Positions 14,401 through 27,125 of a stretch of 64,000 nt of DNA are shown piece by piece. The notes beneath the pieces were generated by a model. It made no database searches. It was not told the origin of the DNA and worked only from the letters and a program-made list of their open reading frames with translations. Position 1 is the first letter of the stretch. Each line of letters begins with the position of its first letter. Both the position numbers and the translations under genes were made by a program. This stretch comes from the human T2T-CHM13v2.0 reference genome, Homo sapiens, in assembly GCF_009914755.1 (NCBI RefSeq), contig NC_060932.1. The stretch is one strand, 5' to 3'.

Positions 14401-16324
14401 ATAAGGCATTAAGGATGGGAAAACTCCAGCTTCACCTCCAGCATCCTGGAAACTAAACGGAGAAAAGACCTACTGCCAATTCTGTTGCGTCTTGATCCCT
14501 GTCCAATCCCACCTCAGCAAGCTATGTTTCACACCCCCATTTCCAGCACGCTTGGAGGAGCACCCAGAGATTTGGAAGTAGGCTCAAAGCTTATCTCGAC
14601 TCTCCAGACATCAGCAGTGTGAAAAACGGGACTTTTTAAAATAACATTTCCTACTCTTCCTGCTTCTGGTCAAGCCAAAAATTCCACAGAGACCGTTGTT
14701 CTCATGGAATGCTGGCACTTCCTCTGCAAGGCACAGCGAGAATCTGGACGTGCAGAGGGATGTGCAGATTAAAACTGATAGAAAAGTTTCAAATTAGGAG
14801 CACAAAAAATGTTAGGGAAGCACATTTAACAGAACTAGAGTTCTCAGGAACAGTCCATGTATGAGCAGTTTCCCTAATGACAAAGTTGAAGTCTAGCCAG
14901 CACCCCCACGGTTCACTGACAACATGGGTTTTACCTCTAGAATGTATATGATATCCACAGAGATACACAATTAGTGACTTCTCATTCAGCCCAATCTATG
15001 AGAACAAAAGTTTAAAAATACTCTTTGCAATAAAAGATTTTGCTTACCATGAATGAAAACAATTAGTTGGTAAACCAAAAGAATACTTGATGTAAATAAA
15101 ATGAATATATAATTTTATTTTTAAAGAGATAATAAGATAGAAAATAAAACAAAAACTTTTCTGTGGAGGCCGACTTTTTCAAAGAGCTTCTCATCAGTAA
15201 GTGGATTTAAGCATATAAGTATAGTTTTAAGCATTGATAAAATATAGCAAATTAAATGTATAGTTAACATATTAATAGTTACCCAAAGGATGCAAGTGCA
15301 GATCAATAAAATGTTTTCTTTTTATGTTCGGAGATATTGAACAAATTTCTCACAATCACAGATATTTCTTTGAAAATTCTATGATTTTGTTTTTTATTTT
15401 ATTGTATCTATTTTATTGTTTTAAAATTCATTGGTCTATGAAACTATTGGTTAGGAATATCATATGGAACATTTTTAAATAGCCCCTTTTTGTGAAGATT
15501 ATTTTTGGGTTTGAGTCAGGTTACTTTTCCATCACTGAGGTGAATATGTCACTTGGGTAAGTAACTGAAGGGCATGGTGTTTTAGCAAACCAAAACGTAA
15601 GCAAATATCCTCATTGCCAAGAGGAAGACAGTGTGGCTCTGTCTGCCCACAGGTTGCAGAAGACTGAAGCATTCAATCTTCAAGGCATTCAACCTAAATA
15701 AAAAACACATCATCCTATTTTTTTTTAAGTTTGAAGTCTTAGATTTGAGGGGAGAAGAAATTTTGTGGGAACCAAGGACAATAATTGGGGAAAGAGTTTC
15801 GAATCTTTAATTCACATTGAATATGTGTACTTAATATCAGTATGTCCTTTACACAGATAATAAAGCTTTTAAATTAAAACAAAATGCAGATGTAGCATTT
15901 GAATTAAGCTTTTCTCTGAATACTAGCTGTAAAAATCACTTACAGTTCTTCTATAAACAACTGTCTATATTTTTAAAGCTTTTTTATAAATGGGATTTTT
16001 TTTCCTGGAATATTCAAAGTCTAGAACATCCAAACTGGACCCTCTTCATGCCCACATAGGAGTTGCACATGAATATGTAGATAGGAGACCACAGAACCTA
16101 GCAGCTGAGGTTCACCCTTCCAGGATGGGTCCACAACCAACATGTCCAAGACTAAGCAAGCAGGACACAGTGTTCTATAACAAACATATGTACCACATTC
16201 AGGAATCAGACCCACAAATGAGTCCTCCAAGGATCTAGAGCTCAAGAAGCCAATTTTGAATTGTGCTTATTTGTAGTGTAAAGTACACCACTTACTCATA
16301 GTATAAAGCAACAAGAAGGAGGGT

Positions 16325-16500
16325 AAAAGGCATGGTTTCAGATTAAGTCACATTGGGTGTGAACCATGCATATACCTCTTACTATCTGTGTAACCTCAGG
16401 GAAGTTACTTAGACTCTCTCTGAGTTTCAGTTCCTCATTTACAAAGTGAATATAATAATGTTTATCTCACTTTAAGTAAATAGGCTTAAATGAAACTTAA
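16325..16500 (+). mobile_element. MIR SINE
   Basis: TTACTATCTGTGTAACCTCAGGGAAGTTACTTAGACTCTCTCTGAGTTTCAGTTCCTCATTT. Confidence 0.8.
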
Positions 16501-18399
16501 TGTCAGAGAATACACACACACACACACACAAATGTGCACACTTATATTTATGTAAAAGCATGTCTACTACTTAATACCTATACATGCTAAGTGATCAGTA
16601 AGTGCTGGTTTAGACAACCCCCCACACTGTTTTTTTCTTTCTGTTGGAATATGAGCCAGAGTATCTTACTACGGCCAAAATTAAAGTGGAAGAGAAAGGA
16701 TCATGGCTTTTGTAGATTTCTCACTAAACAGTCCTCATAGTAGATGTGAAATATATTCACTATGACTCAGAATTGTGGGAAAAGTAATCTTCTCACTCTT
16801 AAGCCTGCCTCTTCCTGTTCTTAGGCCCTTATTCTTGTTAATTGTGGTGGAGATGGGCGGAAAGCAGGAGGAATGTTTGATGTTAGATGTGAGATGATGG
16901 CAAAGTAAGCAGTTAAAATCACACCCACTTCTAGTATATTTTTAGTCAAATTAAATTTTATCCTCCATTAGAGTTGTTTATCTCTCAAACTGTACCCCTC
17001 TCCTCATTTCCAGAATGACATCTGGTTAGGATCAGAGCTATTGTAGCCACAGCTTGGGCCTCCTGTCCCACCCTGCCCTTCGTATCACTGTGGGTGTCTC
17101 TCCTTTCCCGAAGCACCCTGAATGCCCACCCCGAATGCCCCTAACTCAATGGTGGAAACACCACAAACATTGTGATTCATAGAAAATGAATAAAACTTCA
17201 GTTTACTATTATACATTTCCATTTTAGCATTTATGTTATGATATTCACCAGTGGTTACAGAAAAACCTAGGAGAATGGGTGGGTATCTCTATGTACGAGA
17301 ATAACACAAACATTGATGTTAGAGTATCCGAAGAGTTTAACCTTTAAAGGGATATTAGAGAACATTCTTCCCATTTCCCCCCAGCTTCTCTGTAGACAGA
17401 TATATCCCCTCTGAGAAATACTGAGAGCTATAAACTTTCTTGGAAAACTGCTGTTATTGGCAGTAGGTTTGAAAACATGCAGCATGTACCAAGGTAGAAG
17501 ACTTCATTTCTTAGACAACTTCTCTATCATGGTATCAGCCCTAAGCCCTTGAATTGTTGAGAGGTATGAGAAGGGTCAGGTGTGACTGCTATCTCCAAGG
17601 ACTTCTTTCTTTAACCTGCCAAGTAAACTAGGATCTAACCAATCAGGAGAACCACAGAGCTGTCTGCTACCTAGGCAGAGAGTCACATGCCATCTGGCTC
17701 AGAATTCAATATTCAGGATTCTTTGCCTCAACCCATTTTCTTTAAGACAACCTGACATACCCCCATACCAACAGGAAGCTGAGGGGCCAGGCCAGTTGTG
17801 TTCATGACAATCATATAAGTCTTTTGTTGCTTTTCTAGATATATTCCCATTTCTTTCCTGTTACCATGTAAACCAGAAAATTCGCATCCATCGCTCACAT
17901 CTTAGACTTTGCTTTTGGTTACCCTGGCTTTAAATCTTTGGCTTCATTTGTAAACCTTAGTTAAAATTCACCTCTTTCACTTCAGGCTAAAGTACCTTGG
18001 CCAGGATAGCCTGCTTTCACTAGGTCCTGGCTTCTCAACTCCTGGCTCATTCTGCTGCCTGGTAGCCCAGGGAAGTTTCCACGTAGAGGAATTCAAGCAA
18101 CAAATGGTATCAATTAAGTTTTGATCTTTTCTGAAATATATGCAGTGTAGGAGAACCAGTAATATTCCCCCAAACCTGATGATCTTTAGCTATTGCACAT
18201 TGTGTTCGTTTTATTGTTCTAAACCATATTTTAGTTTGTGTCTTCAGGAAGCAATTGGTATGATTAGGCATGAAAAGCAAAGTTGGATTAAAACAAAGGC
18301 CAGAGGCGGGGGGAAAAAGATAGATCATACAAGTAGCACAGGTATTCGGGAGGAAAGAAAGAGCAAGAAAGTGAACCTTGTCCTCCTGTAAGCACAGCT

Positions 18400-18630
18400 G
18401 GGTGGAACATTTATGCAATACCGTCTATGTGGCAGACACTGAGCCAGGTGCTGCTTCATGACGCCCTGTTTAATCCTCGCAGTGACAACGGGCAATTTGT
18501 TTTAGTCTCTGTACTTCTCCTCAAAGGAAAGTGAAGTTCAGAGATAATAAATAATTTGCTCAAGATCACACAGCATTAAGGACAAGGGTAGGGTTTCAAA
18601 TCTACTTCTGTTGGACAAAGCTACTCCTGT
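18400..18630 (-). mobile_element. MIR SINE
   Basis: TTTAATCCTCGCAGTGAC...AAGGAAAGTGAAGTTCAGAG...AATTTGCTCAAGATCACACAGC. Confidence 0.7.
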
Positions 18631-20759
18631 CCCTGATTTCCTTCTCACAACGTTGTACTCTGGGAGGAAGATAAGCAAAGAGAGAACCCTGTCATCCTTG
18701 TAAAAGTCTGTGTTGTCCACACACTTTCTCCATCTTTTCAGCTGTGTGATTAAACCCACTTGCACTTATTTTCCTCTGGCCATGTCTCCTTTTATGTAGG
18801 GGCAACAAAGCTCAGCACTGTAGTATTTATTACGTGTCCACATCTGCATAACACCTTGCTACCAAAAGGAAAAATAAAAGGCAAGCGAAAATGACAAAGG
18901 CACTGCCCTCTGGAACTTTATAATCAATAACAGATGGGTGAGAGGTGTGGAAAAAGGGACCTAGCCTCCCAAATAAGTGCTCAGCAAACCGAGAAATGAA
19001 TGAATGGAGACCCAGAATCAAGCTAATCCCACCACAGGATCAACTAACTGCACACGGTCTCCCTCAGGAACTGACTTGCCAAGCTTTTGTCACTGTGAGG
19101 GAGCTGGGGGAGAGGGTGGGTGTGATCATCCTAACCTGAACAATGAAAATCTTCCCAGACCTTCTCCAAACACGCATCCCATATCACAAATTATCTTAAA
19201 TCAGTTTGAAGCAAGGCTTTTCATCAGCTGTCATATTAGTGAGCCCTTCAGCTCCTTTGAGTATTTTGTTTAGCTCTCATGTCATTCTTTGCTGTGCCAC
19301 CCATTGTATATGTGTGTGTGTGTGTGTGTTGTGGGGTGCAGGAGGATGGATCCAGGCTTTCAGTCATGCAGACAAGACCATCTTGATGCACACGCAATGA
19401 TAACGTGACTCAGACATCTATTTCAAAATGACTGTCATTTTTATGACATTTCAAAGTAAAATGAAATTAGGAGTAGAGGAACAGAAAGATGCTTTACCCA
19501 GTCCTTGAGAAAAAGGCATTTCTTCATATTTCAAAAGCTTGGCTGGCAGTGAACTGGGATAAATTGCTGACTTGGCTTCTTTCTGTTCAACTTATTAAAT
19601 AATAACATTCTGTATAAGGAAAGAAAGTTGTGTAATATATACGGCTATGCACAAAATGGATGAATTATATTTAGAATGTGTCTGAAGGCCAAGAAAGGAA
19701 AGGGTGAGAGGGGGAGTTTGCTGGAGAGCCTTCTATTGTAAATGCATTAAAATCTGAATTAACGGTGAAATGATCCTAGCAATGACATCACGCAATGACT
19801 GTAAAATCTAAAAACAAGAATGGTTATTTTCAGAAAATTTTAATATTTTTTTCTTGCGCATAGTCCAGCAGGTTATTAGTATTGCACACACATATATGGT
19901 ATTCTTATATAGTTGCTTTCCCTAATGAAATTTCAGTTCCATGCAGACCTACGAATTTAAAGTATTATTTTCTGTCTTCTCAGTAGACTTTTCCTTTTCA
20001 GAGATGCATTATTCATTTATAGTTTATTACTCATAGAGAAAAGTATTAATAAAGAAACTGTACCTGTCCAGCTCCGATGTCAAACTCTGTTGAGAAAATC
20101 AACTCAGAGCCCAGCTGGTCTAAAAATCTATCACATTTTTACTTTTTTTGATAGATGTCATCCTGGGCATTGTAAATAGTGTATGTGTACTATATAATTA
20201 TATTGTCCATGGATTTATGAAACTCCATTGCAGATTTCATTACTTTTTCTTGGTCCACTTATTAAAGCTACATTTTACATGTCTAATAATGTAATTCAAG
20301 TTGTAGCAAATATGAAACACTGACATGCAGGCATAGGCAAATGATGCCTGAGCAATTTCACCCAATTCACTGAAGGACAGGAGAATTACCTTTTATTGTA
20401 ATGAGCTGTGGAGGGTGGTTCAGGCTGCTTTTTCACATTTGTGATTCTACTATCCACCTTTCTCTCGAAATCCAAAGCCCCTGTCAGCTCATACGGAAAA
20501 CTTGGATGCGTTTCATACTATCATGCTCTCATCCAAGGGAAGGCGGTGGTTAAAGGAAGGAGGGGCTGCTTGTTGGTTTACAGGAAATTTGAACACCCAT
20601 GGGATGCTTTTCAGAATCCAAACAGAGTTCAAAACATAAACATTCCACGTAATTTGTTGTTTCCATACATCATTTGCCTCTTAAAAAAAAAAAGACTGAA
20701 AAAAATTTTTAATGTGTGACTACAGTGACAGAGAGTGGGTGCCAACAGCTCTCTGGATG

Positions 20760-21170
20760 GCTTTTTATCTCATTCCCTTAGTGAAAACAGTTAACTAGGC
20801 ACTGGTGAGAGATTCTGTAGCTGCACAACACAAAGCTGGCGCCAGCGCCAAGTGTGGCATGCCAGATGTGTGAATACATTCTGGAGCGCAGCATCAGCAG
20901 CCCCGGCAGCTCGCCATAGCCATTAATCTAGAGACCTCTGGGAGTTCCGGGTAGCGCTGTAAAACCCGGCCCCTGCCAAGGCTGCATCAGATAAAGCCAT
21001 CAATGCATTGTAAAAAAGACACAAAACCTATTTCATGGGCTGCACTGATCAAGCAATTACAATCATTGACTACATTAAGCAAAGAAACAGCGGGGTGCCC
21101 TATAAAATTGACTGCCAACTTGAATAATCAATAGACTCCATGTAGAGTAAATTAAATAACTGAAAAACTA
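20760..21170. promoter_or_regulatory. Putative conserved enhancer, locally GC/CpG rich
   Basis: Palindromes GCTGGCGCCAGC and TGGCATGCCA, E-box CAGATG, AGATAA, ATCAAT and many CpGs in otherwise CpG-depleted DNA. Confidence 0.5.
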
Positions 21171-22972
21171 TTTGGAAAAGCTGAAGTTAAAAAGCCAATC
21201 AGTAATCCCTCATCCATGGCAAAACAATCTTGCTTCCAAAAGATCCTTTGGTTAGCTTTAATTTTTATCACTGGGAAATCCCGGGATGGTGAGCTTGGGA
21301 GGAGGAAAGTTCCTCTGCCTCTTTTATGCTTTTCTTTAGTAGCCGTACATTTAATTTGAATGTTTTGTATAGTCAATCGATGTGTTCTTCCTGTCAACTG
21401 TAGCTGAGTGCACACCCAAGGCAGGAAGGCTGTGACTGAAAGTCAACATTCTAAAGAGAGGTATTAAGGTTTGACATGGTTTGTGGTCTAACCTGAGGCT
21501 TACAATCACAGGAAGGTTTTTTTTTTTTTTTGCTTATATAGTTAGGATAATTCCAAATTTAGAGATTTTTAATTTTAAAATTTTGCATTAAATAATGCCT
21601 TAAATGCAGAGGATAGAGGTATGTAAATGCCCTTTTGAGGTTGTTGCTGATTTACCTTGCCACCGCATACCCCCACATGACTTTTTAGGCGATAGAGCAA
21701 TCATGACCAGATTTCACAAGTTGCATCTTCTTAAACCAGTTTTATCCTTTTTGCTCCACTGGAAAGTGACAAAACATGTTCAGAGAATAAACATCATTAT
21801 ATATTTTATGTTATTGGTGCCATGAAAAGTTTGAATTATTTTGCCAGAAATTATTTATTCATTTATATACACTTGCATACTCGTTTGTTTTGTTTTAGGC
21901 AAGGGAAGACACTATTTCATAAATAATTTGCTCAACATATTATTAGAAGATCTAGAAAAAAATGATGGAAATGTGAAAGTCATTTTTCTTCTCAATCAAA
22001 AAAGAAAAAGCCATATTTTGATGAGATTCCTTTGTGATTAAAATGTAATGATAATAACTCCAGATCACAGAAGCTAGGTTACTTGGTAGCAGTATATCTG
22101 GATGTGAAAATGATAACATTAGAAGGATTATCAGTACTTCTGCCTGCTTGACAAAGATATTTTTTCACCAAAAGAGAAAAAAAGATTGAAACCTTTACTG
22201 CAGAGACAATACAATTTTCTTTGTAGTCAAGCCTGTTTCTGAAAACCATATATAACAGTAATAGTATGAAGACACCTACGGCACTGATGAATACATCATT
22301 AAGCAGGCATTATTGCTGTTCCCACTGAATGTAAGATCACCCTGATATTATGAATAATTTGCATATTAACGAAAATAATATTGAGGTGTATTTAATGTGG
22401 CATTTGAATTAACTCTTAATGGCATGCAAGTTCTCGGGGCTAGGCTAGGGAATAAACTGTAGGATGAATTTGGAAATAATTGTCAGGAGCTGGGCTTTCT
22501 GATTCTAGGTATCTAGAAAAATTCTTAGTGGCATTATTTTTAACACAATGATGTGTTTTACAGAGCCTCCTACAGTGGAACACAATAAATTAGTTGTCAA
22601 TAAACAGCTTGTTTTAACAACACTCTGCTTCCTTTCCTATTAAATCTAATAGGGACAAAAACCCTCTGAAATGTTGTATTTAATGAGCAAACTTTATTTT
22701 TTAAAAAACTGCACAAGAAAAAGGAGAAATATGATGAACTAAAAATGATTATGTGTCACAATAAAATTCTCCAACTTGTCAGCTGATGAGATGATAATAT
22801 TGCCCATAAAAGCAGGAGTGAAAGTGCTGCTGAGCTCCTGATAAAATGTCTTATTGAAACCTATTGTATTTACTTCTTATTAGATTCTGAACTCAAATAG
22901 ATCTTGATTGTTGAGAGCTTGGGTATTTAAAAGCTTTAAGATTATCAATTACATTACTCATAATTTCCACAT

Positions 22973-23085
22973 CTGCCTTTCCCGCTGCAATTCAGAGACA
23001 GAGAAAGACTATTATAACAGCCTTCCTGCAACTTGATTACTGGGGGACTCTGTTACAATGTGCACTTGAAATGCTGTTAAGATGT
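22973..23085 (+). repeat. 113-bp direct repeat, copy 1
   Basis: CTGCCTTTCCCGCTGCAATTC...GCTGTTAAGATGT; 112/113 identical to 24575-24687. Confidence 0.97.
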
Positions 23086-24574
23086 GAACCTAACTGCAAT
23101 TTTCAGTTTTATGGAGCTACTCCTACATGGATAGCTTTTGGTAATAATTGAAATGAAATGGTAAGAGACCTGCCAAACCATGAGGGAGACATGGAGGGCC
23201 ACCCTAAATGCAGACCTCTGCGCACTACAAGGAAAGCTTCTGTTTTGGAGTTACACTGTTTTACCTTCCTGCTAAAAATTAGCTTTGTGGGAACTAATAT
23301 ACATTTTGACTTAAACAAAATAATAATTAAAATGGCCATTATGTAATTGAACAGCAGTTTGGTTATGTTTATGCTGGGTAGAAGCAGGCTGCGGGGAGTA
23401 GAAACCAAGAGAATTCTCTCTGTCAAAATGTTGCCAAAGCAGCAAAATTTTTTTCAGAAATGCCTTGTTGTTTCTTAGCTCCTGATAGAGGGGACATCTT
23501 GGGGCTAGTTTTCACAGTCTCCTGAACATTTGCTGTGTTTTCAAGGTTCAAGTGCCCTGAGAGAAAAGGTTTAAAATAACCAGTTATCTTTCAATAAAGC
23601 AGTTCAAAACACAGCATCGTACACATATAAATATTTATTTTGTCACATAGGAGCTCACCATGTTCAAGAAACTGGACATGAAAGGGTCCACTTGTTCATG
23701 AAGTGGGAACTTCAGGTCTAGATTTGGTTTGCTTGTAGAGATGTTTCTTAAGTAACAGGTTTACACAAAAACACACACTTGCCACACACAGAGAAATATG
23801 GAGGCACTTTCTCAGAAGCAAAGAGACAACATATTTGAAAGGTACATTGCGGATCTTGGGGAAGAAGGAGGGGAAAAGGCTGAAGAGATATTTCTCCAGA
23901 AATGACTCCTCCTGGGGAAAAATGTAGTCTCTGCAATTTTGCTGCTTTAATAATGCTTTTTAATATGTAAATCTTTTTTTTTCTCTCTATCTGAAGAATA
24001 AGTCCTGAGACCACAACCTTACTAAATCTAAGGCCTCATCAACTAGTGCTAAATACAAACGAAGGATTTGTTAGTTTTCAACAATCTCTATAGAATCTAG
24101 AGCATTTTATTGTTCATTGGCTAAAGGTTTCATTCAGCATTTAATTTGTATGCATCTTAAAACAGTTAAACAAACATAGAAATCAGGCCAAAATATTTTG
24201 GGATTTCTATTAAATCCATTTACTGTTAAGAAAGAAAATGTTTAAGAAAGAAAATGTTTCATCCCGGGTGAGCTCAATTTCCTCCTCCCCCCAAGAAAAA
24301 CATAATCAGAGAAAATAATTAACGTGCCTTCACCTAAAGGAACAACAGTTTACAGGTCCCATGACAGTATTTACATGTTCAGAAATATATGGAACACATG
24401 TTAGAATTAATCAGGATAAAGTTCAAAATGCTCTCAATAGCTTCTCTATAAAAACAGATATTGAAATGCATTTTTCTACACATAGTTACCAGGTTATTCA
24501 GAATTGTCATAGACAAAAGTAAAAATCACCCTGTTAGAAACTAGTTTAAAAAGTTTTTGTTCACAGAAAAGAAA

Positions 24575-24687
24575 CTGCCTTTCCCGCTGCAATTCAGAGA
24601 CAGAGAAAGACTATTATAACAGCCTTCCTGCAACTTGATTACTGGGGGACTCTGTTACAATGTGCACTTGAAACGCTGTTAAGATGT
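24575..24687 (+). repeat. 113-bp direct repeat, copy 2
   Basis: Same sequence as 22973-23085 with one T/C difference (AATGCT vs AACGCT). Confidence 0.97.
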
Positions 24688-26359
24688 TAAATGCCTAGAA
24701 AGAATTTATGGTACAAGTGTTGATGTCTAGCAATGAATTCATTAAAAAAATAAATGCATGGTAGCTGTATCATTGTGATGCTAAAATAGAAGCATCTAGT
24801 TTAGGTAGATCCCAAAACTCTCTCAGTCCCCAACACTGGAAAAAAAAAATGCACCTTCTGAATTTCTTTATTCTTTCATAAAATCGTGGGAATCCAGCCT
24901 GTCTGTGATTAACCTGACCTATTACAAAGTAGACCAGTTTTAGTTCATCCTGTTTTAAGTACTCTTGGGCCTTCATTCTCTCTCCTATTCTTTGCCCTTC
25001 TTCTTTCCTCAAGGATATAGAAAGGAACTGAACCCTCCATGGTTTGAAGTCTATGATGTATGCCGAGTTTGCTGCTTGTTTACAGGAGCTGGCCGTCACT
25101 CATGAGGAATATCAGACGATGCTGGTAGCAGACAAGCATTTGAGAGCTCACGACACTATCTGGCTCAAGGCCGTGTGCAGCAAAACAGAGATGCACATAA
25201 AGGATGCAAAAAAAAAAAAAAAAGCTGAACAGAAGGCAGAAGGGTGTGTCCTGACCAGTGACCAGACCAGGTGTAGGGCTTATGTCCTGCCTTATTTTTA
25301 ACACCCTGTCTAAATTTTCTATCCAGTCTGTCACTTTCCTCATCACTGATACAAATATAATATTAACTAATCAGCACAGGGGCTGTGTTAATTGAGCATT
25401 AATTAACCATTTTGGCCTAAAACCTGTGGCAGAATCCATAAAGCCAAAAATTAAAAAAAGAAAAAAAAGAGAGAAAGAAATACACAACGCTTTGATAATG
25501 TCATCCAATTTTATTATTAAGAAACTATTCGCACACCAATATGTGCTGGTTTAATTCTATCCAAAAGTGTTTGTGGCACATATTTGGCAAGTAGCATCAG
25601 GGTTGCCAATTTCCAACCAGGACTGAAAGGAACATTAAAGGAAATCTTTTTCAATCACCTCTCTGATTCCTAAATTCCCTGTATTGAATTCCCTTCAGCT
25701 GACAGGCTTGGTCTTCCCTAGCCACCTTTAGTAATTGGGAATTTACTACTTCTCTGGACTGCCTGTTTCATGTAAGAACCCTGAGTGTTCTTTAGAGGAA
25801 CTTTAGAGACAGTTCCCCTTTATCCCTGAGCTAGATCTTCCGAGGTCCGCATTCTTCCACCTTATATGTGGAAGGTTAACTTTCTCTCCCATAGTTCTCC
25901 TTTCAAGTATTGATGAGCGAGATCAACTCTCTGCCTATCCACTCCTGATTTATTCACCAATTGCTTCTGCTTCTTGATTTTAGGGCCACTCAATGTTTTG
26001 GTTACCCTTCTCTCAGTTTGCTCCAGTTTTTCTACAGTTTTGCAAGTCCCTCTTACTAACTTTTACTCATTATTTTCTTCTTTTTTTAAAAAAAACAAAA
26101 GTTAAGTTTCTTTGGGGTCAGCTAGATTTCTCCATCTTTACTTGAACTGTGGATTTCTATTTTTTAAAAAAATACATGTTCTACCTTTACTAATTTTACT
26201 AAACGCTTCTGAAGAAATTCATGAAGCATCTGAGTGGTCATGGTCCCAAGGCCCCCAGGATCAAAATCATGGCATTTCACTGGAGTCATTACAGAAAGAA
26301 AGAATCTGTGAGTATCCAGGTTGAATTTATAAAGGGACTATGTGTTAAATTAGCAGAAA

Positions 26360-26570
26360 AACACAGGCTTCTGAGTCCCATGGACGTGAATCAAATCTAT
26401 TTCTATCAATCACTTATTAGTTATATTGTTTAATTTTTTTGAACCCCAGTCTCCTCTTGGGTAAAATGGAGATAATGTCCATTTTGCCAGATTGTTTTAA
26501 GGATTAGAAATAATGTGAGCCAAGTATCAAAAACAGAGCTTGGCACATTATCGACAATCAATAACAAGAG
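26360..26570 (+). mobile_element. MIR SINE
   Basis: CCCCAGTCTCCTCTTGGGTAAAATGGAGATAAT...GATTGTTTTAAGGATTAGA...CTTGGCACAT. Confidence 0.75.
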
Positions 26571-26719
26571 CTGCTTTTATTGCTCAGGGAGTGAAAGAAC
26601 TGTTCCTAGAAAATGTCGAATAATGATGCAAAAATGGGGAAAACCGATAGAGGAACTGTCATGAAGAACTACTCACACCAATCACACATGAAATGTGGCT
26701 CTTGCCCACTAACAATGGA

Positions 26720-26990
26720 TTTAAGACCATCATAAATCATTTCACAGAGATCGCTCAACTGGCCTCACACAGCATCAGCAGTTTCTAACTTCCAAACCTG
26801 CTCTGCATTTAGCCACAACAATACAAAGGTGAAAAGACCATAATTGACTTTCCGTCCCCTGAGCATCCCCAGTCCTGTTACACTGAACTTTATATCAGCT
26901 TTCCTTATCAGCTTAATAACGTTTGGTGAAACAATGCCTTCAGTCAGAGCATTTATTTTATTTTGTTGCTTCACCCCCGACCCTCCACCT
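26720..26990. promoter_or_regulatory. Putative conserved non-coding element
   Basis: Unique sequence with TAATTG, CTTATC (GATA) and AACAAT (SOX) motifs. Inference only. Confidence 0.35.
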
Positions 26991-27060
26991 CTTGTTTCTG
27001 TGGGTGGGAAGGAATACATCCTAAATAAAATATTTCAATACAAAACATGTTGAACACTTG

Positions 27061-27125
27061 TTATATATATATATATAATATATATTTTTTATATATATAA
27101 TATATATATATTATATATATATAAT
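27061..27125. repeat. Interrupted (TA)n tract
   Basis: Seen directly; contains a 32-bp perfect palindrome at 27090-27121. Confidence 0.95.

Noticed and set aside
15990-18100. Possible old LTR or other repeat fragments
   Set aside because: I could not assign a family or boundaries from the sequence alone.
25044-25301. ORF containing LQELAVTHEEYQTML, faintly like a nuclear-receptor ligand-binding helix
   Set aside because: The resemblance is short, the ORF runs into a poly(A)-encoded lysine tract, and no convincing splice context is present; probably chance.
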